A stretch of 64,000 nt of DNA. Source: Chrysomallon squamiferum. Taxonomy: Eukaryota; Animalia; Mollusca. Of the stretch, positions 1 to 50,067 are shown one piece after another. The position numbers and the translations under genes were made by a program. Numbering within the stretch: the stretch's first letter is position 1; each line of letters starts with the position of its first letter. The notes under the pieces are model-generated. The model did not search any database and was not told where the DNA came from. It saw only the letters and a list, made by a program, of their open reading frames with translations. The stretch spans positions 20,088,001 through 20,152,000 of the forward strand of contig CM022671.1 of assembly GCA_012295275.1 (NCBI GenBank), given 5' to 3'.

Positions 1-33
1 ATTGGAATGGTAAGAGTGATGGACGTGTGACGG

Positions 34-35574
<35,541 letters not shown>

Positions 35575-36271
35575 TGGTAATAACTATAAACATTTAAAAG
35601 ATAATGGAAAAAAAGATATATATACTCTATTGCCTTTTCTCTTTAATAAATTTCAAACTACAAGCTCCTCCTGGATATCAATTGAAATACAACGGTATAA
35701 TCTGAGCCAAAGTTAAGAGACTATATACATTTTAAATTATATTAATTTTAAAACCTCAGTGGTGAATCTTGAAATTATTGAAGCTAATAATACAGCATAA
35801 TGTATGAACGCTTTATTTCTTTACTTTATTTATTGTTATTATTATTATATTTGTTACAGAACAATACACATAAAAACTTCAATCGAACTACATCAAAACA
35901 GAATTAGTTTCAAAAATGTTATATATCTGAAGTATATAAAGCAAATTATATTATTTATTGTAAGAAAGTTCTTTTTGTGAAAAAGATTGTCTAACCTTTG
36001 GCTCACCACCTAACTTTGCCTCTCATAGCCTGTTATCATAAATGTATTTTCCTAAATGGTGCTCTATTTCTTTGGATCAAAAGTAGTTTAGTAATAATTA
36101 ATTAGACTTGCCCTGCTCACCCCAGTATATCCCGCTACTCTTTCTTTCTCCATATGTTTTCTCACTCTATTATATTTCACTATCTCCCTAACTCGGTTTT
36201 TATTACTACTACTACTACTATTAAGATCACTACCACTACGACTACTCATACTACTGCTATTTCTACTACTG

Positions 36272-36339
<68 letters not shown>

Positions 36340-36730
36340 GCCTCAGAATTTCGGTGAGCGATGTCTACAACAAATACAAAGAATTCGAATCAATCTCTCA
36401 CAGTCACCTCTCCCTTTCCTTGTAGCCGTGCCTCCCTTGATTCGTACCAAGCCATTCTTTGCCAGCTATTTATTGTCGCCTGATAGACATTGTATATAAA
36501 AAGCATCTTCCCTGTATAGCTTTTCGTTTCTTGTTCCAACTCATGTAATTCAATATGTTATCTTATTATTATTATTATTATTATTATTTTTTTTTTTTTT
36601 TTCTGCCCTGTTATGAACTTAATATTCATAATCGTTGTAACCTGGCAATTTATTTTTCTTCTTAAAGTTTGTATATGCTGTACAGTGTAATTTGACGTAT
36701 ATTGTTATATTTATATTTGTTACTGAACTT

Positions 36731-36736
36731 AATAAA
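36731..36736 (+). terminator. Candidate polyadenylation signal of gene A (another AATAAA at 35645)
   Basis: AATAAA follows a TGTA/AT-rich 3'UTR-like stretch and precedes a T-rich region. The motif is common in AT-rich DNA. Confidence 0.35.
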
Positions 36737-36964
36737 TATTGGAAATCGGAATTAGTTCTTATTATTATTTATTACTTTTTGTGATTTTTTTTGTTCCTTT
36801 ATTTTTCGATTTTTTTTTTTTAAATATTATATTTATTTATTTTGTTACTTATTTACTTACTTACTTTTTCATTTTCATTTTATTTTATATTTGTATTTAT
36901 TTATATATATAAATAATAATAATAATCATAAAAATAATAAACAAATGCCTCGGTCTCTAATAAG

Positions 36965-37035
36965 ACAACTTGTCTCATTTGGTGAATTGATCCTGCAGCT
37001 CTTCACGATAGATGAACATGCTTATCACTCAGCTA
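36965..37035 (-). mobile_element. Possible tRNA-derived SINE head
   Basis: The minus strand reads TAGCTGAGTGATAAGCA (A-box-like) ... GCAGGATCAATTCACC (B-box-like) at tRNA-like spacing, but no cloverleaf forms. Confidence 0.3.
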
Positions 37036-37684
37036 AATATAAAATAAAATAAAATAAAATAAAATAAAATCGAAATCTAGTCGAAATCAAAATCAAAACA
37101 AAATCAAAATCAAGATCAAAATCAAAATCAAAATCAAAATAAAATAAAATCAAACGAAAAAAAAAAAAAAAAACAAATAAATAAATAATTTTAAAAATTA
37201 ATAATAATAATAATAAAAAAAATATTCCATATCCAACCTACAATACAGATAAATAAAATATTAAAGGCACAAAATTCAGTGTCCTAGCATAAATGTTTTT
37301 ATTTCTTTATGTTTTTAAGAGTCTAACAAAATGTCAAGCTATTAATGTTTTGATGACTATGGTTAATAATAACACAAAGCTAATTTTCTATAGCTATCGT
37401 CAGATATCGAGAAAAATGTACATATGAATAAATAAAACAGCGGTTGATACGTTTTTACGACTTACAGTTTGAGAAAAAAACCATCAAAATATGTTTAACT
37501 GACCAGGAAGCTGGACAACATAAATATCTGTTTGTGTTGTTTTTTGTTTGAGCGGAAATAGAAGAGAAGCACTCTGTGAGCGTTTTTCCGAATCTTGATG
37601 CGTGATTTACGATAACTAGTTTGTAATACTGGCTAGTTACTTAGCTTAATTTAGAAATATTTAAATTTAAAATACTCAATAGTA

Positions 37685-37726
<42 letters not shown>

Positions 37727-38194
37727 GTTGTAATAATAATAATGACGATGATGATGATTATTATTATAATATCTTAATAATATCAAGAACAACAGTCAAA
37801 ATAAAGACAATAATAATAACATCATCATCGACAGCAATAATAATGACCACAGTGATTATAATGATAATACGATTTTTCGGTCCATTTAAAAAAAAATAAT
37901 AATAATTTCTCAATAAAAGCACATTCTAAACTAAAACTCACCGCTGTTAATGATCAGGAACAGCCTCAGCCAATGCTAATAATAACTGAACATTTAGCGA
38001 ATACTATCTGTATCATATAAAGTTTATTGAATAAATAGAAAATATTTTAATTTCTCAAAATAAATATAACAAACTCAGATTTATTTATTTATTTATTTTT
38101 ATATGTATGTATTTATGTATGTATGTATGTATGTATGTATGTTTCATTGTCAGTATTATCAGTACTCCAGTCGTGCTTATTAGTTTCTATTTTC

Positions 38195-38251
<57 letters not shown>

Positions 38252-38692
38252 TTCAGGCGTAATCTATGTTATATTCAATTCACAAAATTAATTCATTTTT
38301 TGATGACTACATACAATAAATGTAAATGTCCCTAAAGGTCATACAATATGTCAGTTTGAGCAATCAAATTATTTTACCGTTACAACCGGATCTAGAGGGA
38401 GGTTTCAAATTTAATCTCCACCAGACTATTTTCATCTAAATTTCGGCTGTTTGTCCCCTGCGCTCGTATTGTGTTTGTTGTGAGCCAAAACATGACTTTA
38501 AAACGACCTACCAGAGACTTGAGTAATAGAAGTGACCTGAACAAGGGAATAGAGTGTTTATGTTACTTTTGTAATTGACAGGGGCGGACCGAGTTTTTCG
38601 TCATTGTTTTGATCTTCATCAAAGAAAAATGAAAAAATTAAAATTAAAATTAAAAATCGTTTGTTAAAGTGAATTATATTACATTTAAAATA

Positions 38693-38694
<2 letters not shown>

Positions 38695-38770
<76 letters not shown>
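38695..38770. repeat. (GT)n microsatellite. Other (GT)/(CA) tracts at 11137 and 38197; (TA)n at 59624; (TATG)n at 20180-20310 and 61600-61745
   Basis: Direct reading. Confidence 0.97.
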
Positions 38771-38772
<2 letters not shown>

Positions 38773-39351
38773 TTATTTGTGTGCGTATGTGCATATGTGT
38801 GCGTCTTGGCTGAATACATTTGTGTTTGTTTGTTTATATGGGTGTTTAAATGGAGATTGAAAATTACCATTTATTAATAGTTTATTAATAATTATTATTA
38901 GGCGGATTTATAATTCTTACAACGATTTCAGTCAGGTCTGAAACTCAGGCTTTAAAGAATTTTTGAACACAGTGAAGTGAAGACATGAAACATAGCGCAT
39001 CTATAATTAAAGGGAGATAACAGCTTTAGAATTAGCTAAAAGGTGGAACAGGTTTGAATGTTTCTACTACAAACTGTTTGTACTGTTTGTTATTTGTTGG
39101 CGATGTTGTTGCTACTTACCTTTAATTATTTAGATTTTTAGGTATTATTATTATTATTCTTTTTTCCATTTATCTTTTTAGAGGTTTTTTTTTTTTTATT
39201 ATTATTTTTTTTTTTATTGATTTAGTGCATCTGAAATCTGAAATGATAATACAATTAGACCTAAAATTAAGATATTTCAACATTGGTCGAATAATCATTT
39301 TCTACGGTAAAATGTTTCGAGCGGTAGTTTTATGTGCTCTCTAGTTTACAT

Positions 39352-39394
<43 letters not shown>

Positions 39395-40421
39395 TTCCAC
39401 GCTATGATTCAGAATATAAATTAATGAATATTTTAATATTAACAGGTTTCAGATGTAAAAAGAATTATGTTGTTTTTTTGTATAATGATACGGGAAATGA
39501 AACTCGTTGTCATCACTCATCAGTTTGACACAGATTTATTTATTTGTGTGCATTTTCCTACAGACGTGAAACCATATTACACGTAGCTCTATAACCACAG
39601 TTCAAATATCCAATCTTCGCTATTATCAATCACAGAAATGCGTGCTTAACGGTTCTTAAATAATGTGATGGTATGATCCACGCATATATCATGTATATTT
39701 TTTCAGCGTCTGTCTAATCGGATCACACGCACTGCGCGGTTTCATTCTGGACAGTGAGTCGCGAGCAAGTGAACCGTGAGTTCTGATTTCACTGATTTCG
39801 CTTGTAAATGCGGCTCGGCGTCTCTCGGGGAATCTCGGGGCTGTCTGGTTGACCTAACCGGCTCTGGCAGGCCGAAAAGGCTGGTAATCTATGGCAGACG
39901 GTTAAATGACGCGAGGTGACAGTAATGGCCTGTCCCTAGCTCTTTAGAGAAGTGAACGAATTCATCACCTTGTTGAGAATGTGTTCCGTCTGATCCAGGA
40001 ATCGTACATCTCGAGACGAACGTTTTTATCATTGACATGATGCATTTTGGCGCGTGTCATCGAAAACGGCGAAATGAATTAACGTTTTAAATTAGTATCC
40101 CGCATCAATCATTTGTATTTGACTTTTGATGAGGGTAAATACTTTTTAATTTGTGTGATAAATTTCACAGGCCATACACGGATTGTGCATTTTCGCAAAG
40201 TGCTGCTTAACAGCGGGAAATAAAACTTTCCTTCCAAGATGTTTTCATGATCACTGAATAAGTTTTTCATTTAAATACTTCCTGCTGTGACGATGATTCG
40301 TTTTTATTTGCAGTTCCGTTTTGATTAAAAGTCATAGGTTTAAAACATTAGAAAGTCATTTGTATGAGTGATATTCAACCAGATGTTGTAGATATTAGAT
40401 GAAGGACTCTGATTTATAATT

Positions 40422-40900
40422 CAGGGTGGATCATAAGTAAACGGGAGGTGTATAATTGTAAAATATATATACACATATTTATTTTTTAAATATTTAGAAA
40501 CGGTTTACCCGGTATTTAATGCAGTCAGTATATTTATAAACAATATTCATTTTAATTTTTTTTTTTTGTTTTGTTTCTTCAACTCGTTCTTCGGACTTGC
40601 ATTTCAAAAACAGTTACTTGTGAGGTATCCTGTAATTTTTTTATAAATATTTCCCATCTCTGTCTTTTGTTTCGACGCAGATCAAACTATTTTGGTAACA
40701 ATGATTAGAATTGTTGTTAAATAATTTTTAAATCCCTGTTCAAGAAGCATCACATAAAATGTGAATCAAAGGCCATGGTACGTGCTTTCATGTTTTTAAC
40801 AAGTTACATACAGAAGACATACTGCTGTCTTTGGTAGGAATAACCGTGGCTGCTGGTTTCGACTCGTTATTTTCATTATAAGAACTTACATGTTTCGCAA
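40422..40900 (-). mobile_element. Highly decayed Tc1/mariner 3' remnant
   Basis: TIR-like CAGGGTGGATCATAAG at 40422. The minus strand reads PWP..ILCD (about 40780-40745) and DCIKYRVNRF* (about 40526-40495), echoing the WPPRSPDLTPCD and C-terminal CI...GGHFE motifs of these transposases in the right order. Confidence 0.4.
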
Positions 40901-41851
40901 CTAGTGAATGTTACCAAATGAAATGTTGGAGCGTAGTTAAATTATTTATTCTTTTAAATTTTGTCCAAAGTAAAATGAGATCTCACTTTTTTTCCTTTCT
41001 TTCTTCAGTTCGAAGATTTACTTTTAAATAATAATAATAATAACAACAATAATAATAATAATAAATAAAATAAAATAAATAAATAAATAAATAAATAAGA
41101 ATAAGTTAATAAAAACTACAATTAATGTAAATTAACGTCCACATACTAACCACAGTGTTAATAGGTGTCATTTTATGGTTTAAGACATGTAATATTGAGA
41201 TGCTGTTTTCCATAAAGCTGTTATCACTTTCTTTCTCTGGTGTATTTAATACTTGTGCTAGACAATGAACGTGCAATACCATGATTCTAAATAGTCTATC
41301 CGAGATCAATATCCAGGCTACAAATGCCGACAGCAGAAATTCCAAGGAGTGAAACGCCAACCACGGTAACGCATACTTGACAATGACGATGGCTGGCGCC
41401 CGAATTTATGGCGGCAGATTAAAAATGTCGTCTGCAAAGAGACCAAAAATAAATTTCACTAAACCACATGGGCAGTTGTATCCATTTGTTATCAATTCCA
41501 TTAAGCAGGCGATTTAAGTTTTATGTTTCACCGCTAATGAGAAGAAGCCATTGGTGGATTAATTAAATTTCTGATGTTTGGTGATATCAGTTACATGGGT
41601 AAAAACTTGACGATGATTAAGCGCTTTTGTTTGTTATTGTTCTTCTCTCTTTCGTGGCAGAGAAAAACCATGATGAAAGTCAAAAAGGTCTTTGGGTGAG
41701 TGTGTGTTTGTGTCTGTTTTCAGTGTAGGATCATTGAAGATGGATTAGCCTTTAAAATAATATTTTAGTTGTTAGAAAAAATATTGTTTTGTTAAAACTA
41801 TTATCTTTCATCAACGTAGTTGCATCTTTCAGTATCGAGAATAATAAAAGC

Positions 41852-41888
<37 letters not shown>

Positions 41889-43588
41889 TACACAATAAAA
41901 AAATTATATCATCAACTGTAAAAGTAACTGACGCGGATAAAAGCAAAAAGCAAACAACAGCTACTGAAATATGCATTCCTTTCAATGCAACTGTTTCTTC
42001 CTTCACCGAGTAGGTATCACTGACCCGCCGGAATCTTGCTACAAATTTTAACCACATCCTAATAGCAGAACTCGCTATTCCTTTCCTTCATTATATCAGC
42101 CAGACTGTGCCTTTTTTAAATTACGACAACTCGATTTAAACAAGGTATTAAATTAAAGAGAAAAATCTTTGTGTTTACAGATATAAAATAAAAATCAGGA
42201 CGTAACCGTATTTATTTGTAACTGTGACAACAAGTAACACACGTGTGTAGGAGGATAAGATTCATAAGATTACGCGGCTGTTTGTTTATGAATGATTCAG
42301 GTGAACTACAAATTGCTGTAATGACGGTTTGGCAGTTTGAGTGCTGTTTACTTTGATGCTTCAAATGTACTAGACGTCACCTTCACAGGAGCAGTAAAAA
42401 CGCTAACTAAAACAGATGTTTAGAGCAGTTTGTTGTGAATGAACACAGCCTGCTTGCCCCTGTTGTACACTTAATTTTATTTTATTTTCTCGAAATAACA
42501 AATACGTTTGCCTTTCATTTGTTCTCTTATTGGGTAATGTGTTAATGCTAATGACTAGTAATCATTGACTAAACTATAATGTGTAGTATCCTTAAATTAA
42601 GAAAAAAATGCATCCAGCTTTCTTTTGAAACAGTTTATAAGTAACCATTAAAACTTAAAGTATCCATCTGTCTGCTGATAAGTAAGTTATTTTGTCCATC
42701 CATTTATCACTCTGTCTATATATTTACAAATCACACCTAATTATTGTTACATACACTCTCACATACATACCTACCTACATATATACATACATACAGACTC
42801 ACATGCATACTCAAACACACATAAATAAATAAATCTACAGGCATATAACTAACTATACGCTCATTCATTCCGGTTTTATATATATAAACATTTAGCCTAC
42901 AGCAAAAAAAGCAAGAATTTCAAAGAATGCCAGACAATTTGGATGACACTTTTTTCAATTTGTTATATTATGATACACAAAGGTTATCATGGACAACCAA
43001 TTTAATGGAAAGTGATGCTATAAATTCAAACTGACGTATTTCGCGGAAGACTGCCAGTTCGAGATTTTATCTATGTATTTCTGTGAAATTACTTTGTGTA
43101 TGATTTTCAGATCCTCGTTACCGCATACTACTCTATCAGAAACTGTATAAATCAGAGAGAGAGATAGATAGATAATACAGTCATGATAGAAGTCTTAAAT
43201 AAAACAGCACGCAGATGATTTTAAATATATCCAGATAGCTAAAATAGTACAGCAAAGTTACTGTTCACTTATGTATTAACGGAAATTTTATAATTATTAT
43301 TATAAATTTAATTCTATGAAATAACGGTACGACAAAGGGAAAATGTTAACCTCGTTTTCTTTTCTTTCTTTGCGTTTGTTTTTTCTTTAATATTTTTAAA
43401 TATCTTTATCTATTTCTAACTTAATTTTTATTATTCTTTATTATTAGCAAAGATGGATCCAGAAAAAACAAAAATTAAAATGAAAAAGTGTATATAATTT
43501 ATTCATACCACCATATATGTTTTATTGATGTATGTTCTGCTACTGTCATTATTGCTTCATGTTTTATTTAATTTAATTTTATTTTATT

Positions 43589-43635
<47 letters not shown>

Positions 43636-43660
43636 TTTTATTATTATTATTATTATTATA

Positions 43661-43731
<71 letters not shown>

Positions 43732-44212
43732 TTTCATTTCATTTTATTTTATTTTTATTTTTTTATTTTTTTATTTTTTTTATTTATTTTTTTTTTTTTT
43801 TAATTTAAAGAGATTTATTTTCTGTTATTGACATTATTGGCTTCGTTAAAAAAAAAAAAAAAAAAAAAAAAGAAGGAAACAGAAATTCAGATTTATGTTT
43901 TACTGAAGACTACTGAGAATGTTTATTTTTGGATTTTTTATTATTATTTTATTATTTTCTGTTTCTTTTTAATTTTATTATTTTTTATTTATTTATTTAT
44001 TTCATTTCATTTTATTTTTTTTTAATTTTAATTTTTATTTTTTTTAAATTATTTATTTATTCATTTTATTTATTTTTTAATTTACTTTTATTTATTTTAA
44101 TTTTTTTTATTATTATTTTTAAAATTTTTATTTTTATTTTTTATTTTACTTTTTATTTATTATTTATTATTATTATTTTTATTTTTTTATTTCATTATTA
44201 TTATTATTATTT

Positions 44213-44247
<35 letters not shown>

Positions 44248-44963
44248 TATTGAGAATGGCTTACTTCTTTCAACGTTTTATAGAAGTCTGTTCATATGAC
44301 ACTGTTCTCCTGGAGTTTATTTTGAAACGGTGAAGACTTTTCAAATACTTTTCACTGAAATTTATTCAGAATGTGTTGTTAACTTTCTGCTTTCCTTTGC
44401 CGGAGTTTGTTCTTGTCTTGCACAAAGATGTCGACGCTCTAGAAGATCTGTTAGTATTTCCTAGTAGGCAGAACCTTTCCTATTTCCTTTAAATAATCAT
44501 TCCTTTTTATTTGAAAGCTGATTCTTGTTTGCCTCGCTGATCACTAAGTAAAGTTAACCTCTGTTATCTTATCAGTGCCTGCACCAAAGTTAAATAATTT
44601 GATTACTGCAGTCGAAATAGCATCACATACACCGCATACATGGTTCGTGCATTTTCTTAGATGCTATCAAAACGTAGCGGAGCAGTTTAAACATTAATAT
44701 ACATCACCGTAGGCCATTATGTTTCCATGTAATTTGACTGATTCCTTATCGTTTCATTTACTCAACAAATAAAGATGACGTCGACAGGTGCTGGGGAAGA
44801 ACGATAACTCTATCCATCTTAGCGAGAACGGATTAGTGAACAAATAAATGAATGCGCGCGTGTGTGGTGTGGGTATGAAATAAAGATATTCAGAAAAAGA
44901 CGGACAAATAGAAAAGAGATAGATAGACACAGATATACAGATATATAGACAGACAGACGGATG

Positions 44964-45014
<51 letters not shown>

Positions 45015-46934
45015 TATTTGTAAAAAAAAAAAAAAATTCTGGCCAGAAATTAGTATGTTCACGGAATGCATACAATTTTCATATATTTTATAAGTTAAAG
45101 AAGCATCTTATCATATAATTTTATCATTTTATCACCGAAAAAACGTTTTACGGATCTGAGAGGGTGTAACGACAATAACTCCGCCTCGTGCGGATGCGAT
45201 TAAAAAGAGAGATAGACGAAAAGAAACAAACATAACACACACAGAGATACAGACAGACAGACAGACTGGAAAAAAATTATATATTACTGTAACTGTCTAA
45301 GTTGGAAATTAATACAGAGTACAGCTTTGTATAAAAATAAATAAAAATAATAAACAATTATAAAAAAATATATATATTTTGCTACGATTGTCAGTATTTT
45401 ATCTCTGTGTTTGAAGTTATCAGTAATTCTGTTTGATTCTAGGAGAGGTGAATCCGAGGTGAAGCTGTTTGACGAACTGCCTTATTTTGTTAAACTTTGA
45501 TGTCAGTTACAATTCATGATCTTGTGAACATACAAACCAAACAGCTGAATCAGGAAAATAATTTTTGCTCTCTCAAACTTTTCTAGACGTTGAACATACA
45601 TGTGCATATATGTATCAGTGTGTGTATTTGTATGAAAGTAAGTGTGCGTTTGTTGTAGAATATTATGGCGTTCTGACATATCTCTCTCTCTCTCTCTATC
45701 TCATATCTAATCTGAACATTGCGTAGTTTACACACTGATTAATTAGTATAGCTTCAGATGATTTATTTCTTCCCTCCTCCGTGCTTTTTGAAAGACACCT
45801 TGAGGCGGAAAGTTAAAATTCGGGGATGGTTTTGTAACGACGTAGAAGGAAATAGAAAACAGCCAAGACAAATTTGTAAGAGTGCTTTCGATCGATTTGC
45901 TCGAGGAATGTTATTGTCTGAACGCGAAGTCTTGAGTAAATGTGTTTAGTCCCAGCGCACAAAACACTCCACCTTTCTAAAATACACGAATAATGTGCTG
46001 CCTCAAAACGGTTTTATAATAAGTACACAAATAGCCACGCAAGCTTGCGACGGCCATAACTACATTATGGCAAATGAGGCAAACGCCTCATACCTAAATT
46101 GACGATAATATTTTAAAAATATAAAATATAAATCTCTGTTCCAATAGAAATGATATCCCTGAATGAATTCGTTTATGTTTTCAGTTACAGTTTGAAGTCC
46201 CACGACATCGTTGCGATGAAAGATATAATTGACTTCAAATAAATCAGTTTTTGCCTCATTTCAAAAAGAGTCTAGATTACGGCCATGCATGCAAACACGT
46301 AATAAAAATAAATCAGATTTATTAATGACTTTATTCTGAGATATTATTTATTCTTACTGTATTTAAAAATTGTTTTTGACTTTTCTGCCAAAGAATATTG
46401 CCCGCTTTAAATAATAATAATAACCATAATAAAAATCCACAGCAGGGTTTTGAATTCAGCATGAAAACGAACCTCTTGGTTTCGAATTCAAAACCCTGCT
46501 GAGGATTTATCTCAGCTAAAATACTCCTGGTACACGTTATTGAAGAAAGGGCAATGCTTTCAATTCCAGACTGTCTAAACGTCCTGTGATCAATACTGAA
46601 TACGTCCCCACCATCTCGAAAACGAAAAGGCAGCAACCACTGTAAACCTGGAAACAAATTTAAACAAGTAAAACAAACACAACAGTGATACTCCCCATAG
46701 GTAGACAACACTGTATTTACGTATTAAACACAGGTTCTATGCTAACGCTCAGTTTGACACAGAGCTTGTCGCTGTTTTGTTGCAGATATAAAGGTTACTT
46801 ATCAAACCCGCTGAAACATATGTTTTCTGTTTTCAGACAGGCCAGGGATGTTGTTTTAAGTAATAATATAGTAGTCGTGCTGCTTTCATCTGGGTTGGTG
46901 AATATTTTTCTCCCTCTCCCAAATATACTGGGTT

Positions 46935-47420
46935 GAACTGCGGAGATCGGCTCTGAAATGGCGTGAGCGTTACCATTACCGTACTTTTTTCTTCTTTTTT
47001 TTTTTTTCTTTTCTCGTGAGTGTTACCGCGGTCTTTCTTTGCGTGATGCTGTTCTGTCCGTCACGGTCAGCTCGCGCATTATCTGAAGAGTCCATCCAGA
47101 AGCTGTCAGTGCTATCAGGACGTGTAACAGAATTCTGAAAAGGAAAGCGATCTTCTGTTACCGTTGACGGCTCATTTAATCTCGGCTAAGTGAATGGGCG
47201 AAGCTACCAGATTTCGCTGTCTGATAATGTACCATTTGGTAAAGCTGGTTGGGAATACCTGTACGCACTTTAAAAGCCCAAAGGCACATCTTTCGCCATT
47301 ATCATTCCTGGATGGTCACTTCAATTGAAACTGGTGAAAGCGCATTTACATTCATGCAATTTTGCCGTTTAAAACTTCAATCTGCGAAGCGACGTTCAAC
47401 ACTTACAAGCAAGTATTGTC
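46935..47420 (+). promoter_or_regulatory. CpG-richer island, candidate promoter/5' end of gene B
   Basis: Microsatellite-poor, CpG-rich segment 1.0-1.5 kb upstream of ATG48459, with YY1-like AAATGGCG (about 46956) and Inr-like TCAGT (about 47106). Confidence 0.35.
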
Positions 47421-48458
47421 TGTTTCTTCATTAACATACGTACTGGATAATTTCTTAAAATATTTTTTCCTCTAAAGGCGTTCTAGATAATTTTCGAAAT
47501 AAATGTGTTCCCGAAGACCTTCTCAGTCGTTTCTAAATTAAATTTTCCTAAAACATTTATAAATCTGAAAATATTCTAGAAGGAATTAAAGAAAATGAAA
47601 TCAGATACGGAATGTTAAGAGAGCAACGAAGAAAGAAAATTCGTGAACTAAATGTGATACCGAGTTTGAAAACAATAACTGACAACAACTTTAAACTGAC
47701 AGTGAAAAGAACTTTCGAAAAATTTCTGATAGGAAATAGGCGTTGCCTTCAAAACTTTTTGCCATTGGTTCAGAAAGAATCCCTGTCGTGCCCAAGAACT
47801 GTGTGGTTCACTGGTGACAGTCTCTCAGCTTTCACAGATTACGAGATTTATTTTCTGGCAGTTTTCACTGCTTGGTTTAACTAAGCCTTGCATGATCTAC
47901 CTCATGATAAGCTCACAGTTTTAGTTTTCGTGTTTATTAATTTACTGAAACGTTCAATTATCACCACTTTGAAAAGTGCACTGAAAAAAATTCGGTCGCA
48001 TTAAATACGGAGAATACTTTGTCGATAATGCTATTCCTCTTTTCGTTCATAATAGTAAAATTCTGCTTATTTGTGGAATTAATTTGGATCGAATAATAAG
48101 TTGACAATTAAGTTACACTTAAATTTTATTTAAATCCCGTACAATAACTACTATAACTAGTAGACTTAGAAAATTCTGGTGACGCATATACGGATTACTG
48201 TAAATTTGTAATCAGCTTGGAACATAAACACTGCCTGTCTGTAACGTATTCACCGATTTGTGTAACGTATACCCTGATTTTTATGTGCATAGACTTCTGA
48301 AACGCATATATTCACTTCTGTAACGTGAAATCCCTTTTTATTTTTCATCGACTTTTGTAAGGTATCGTTGATTTTTGTGACAACTACAATTAAAACACCG
48401 AGAATATAAGAAACGCAAGAACAGACGATTCCAGGCAGAAGATGCATGACACGATATC

Positions 48459-48540
48459 ATGTCGACGCTGATGTTTCGATGTTCTCCAGTATCACTGTCA
48501 TACACAGTCCTGAGATACCTGTCCATTCTCTTTGTTACAG
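48459..48540 (+). CDS. Gene B probable coding exon 1 (signal peptide)
   Basis: ATG48459 is preceded by an in-frame TGA (48447-49). 27 codons + G, then a strong phase-1 donor CAG|gttagt. Splicing to 61787 gives RYLSILFVTVILQVRG|QC. This was the best phase-compatible candidate I found between the genes. Confidence 0.65.
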
Positions 48541-48586
48541 GTTAGTAATTAATATACAATATTATACAGTAGCAGCAGCAGCAGTG

Positions 48587-48647
<61 letters not shown>

Positions 48648-49983
48648 CAGAATGAGAAGTAGTAGTAAAATTACATATGGTATCTTAATATGTGACGGAC
48701 ACACAGACACACACACACATACACACACATATATCTATTAGTGTATTAAAATATGACCTGTAATAATAACAAAGCTGCTACCATTACTCCTACTGCTGCT
48801 CCTGTTTGTACTAAAACTACTACCACTATTCTGCTACTGTTTTTACTAAAACTACTACTACTATTCTACTACTGTTACAGGTACTAGTACTGTTGCACGG
48901 ACTACTAGTAATAATGATAATGATGATGACTGTGATGAAACTAACGAGTTGATGATGATTGTTGTCTATATAGTTGTAGTAATAATGATCAAAACGAAAG
49001 AAACTGGCAGTAACTGACGTCTACAACATAATCCTACAAATTACTTTTAATAATTTACTCACTGTTAAAGCTTTTAACCGATTCTGAATTAGTTTCCTGT
49101 TTGCTTTAGCTCGGTTACATGATTTATTTTCTTGGTTTGCCTTTATTTTCTGTGTAAAATGAAGATCTAATGAAATAATTAGTTCTTGCTGCTGGGTTGT
49201 AAAAGTAAATTTAGCTGACGGATGGAGTATTTCTGGTGCTGGCTGCAAGGAATATTTCACGCTGTTGTATCAGAGTTAATTAAAATATTACTTGTTGCTG
49301 GCTACAGAGAGTATTCCGCGCTATTTCATCAATGTTAGTCAAAATATTACTTGTTTCTGGCTATATCGAGTATTAGGCGCTGTTGCATCAATGTTAGCTA
49401 AATATTATTTGTTGCTGGACGCAAGAAGTAACCATACTATAGCTGTGTTTATTAGTAGGAGTAGCCCTTTGTGCAGAATGACGTCAGAAAAATAACTGTC
49501 GGTGCTGGCAGAAATAGCCGTAATGTAGCAGTTAAGATAAATAAAATAATTATTGTTACAACATTATGATAGCCATGAAAGAATGAATCAGATTTTAAAA
49601 TCAAACAAATCAGTAATATTAATACCAAAGAAAAAACAAAAAAAGATAGGAATTAATTTTTGGTATAGAAATATGAAAGGATAAGGTCGGATAAAATAAC
49701 GCTTGCTGCTGTTGGTAGCAGGTTCCCGTTCTTGCAGCAATAGTTATTTTTTCCAATATTTGTATCACACATATCATCGTTAAACCATCTTAATATTACG
49801 TACTTACTAGATGTTTTGAATTTATAAAACAAACATCCTTTAGCTAATCTTCGTCAGCATATGTTGTTGTTGTTTCTTTTCAGTTCTTTAATCAAACTAG
49901 TGATACGTAACGGTTGCGTCGATCCGTTTATATCCACGAAATTATTTTACACCACCGGAACTTTTTTCTTTTTTAAACTAAGA

Positions 49984-50067
<84 letters not shown>

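Noticed and set aside
36965-37035. Functional tRNA gene
   Set aside because: The A/B boxes are degenerate and no acceptor or anticodon stems can be formed.
45610-45643. 18-nt match (ATTTGTATGAAAGTAAGT) to the end of gene B exon 3, suggesting a third-paralog relic or a first exon
   Set aside because: Upstream sequence shows no homology to exon 3 and no hydrophobic signal core. It is probably chance in (TG/TA)-rich DNA.
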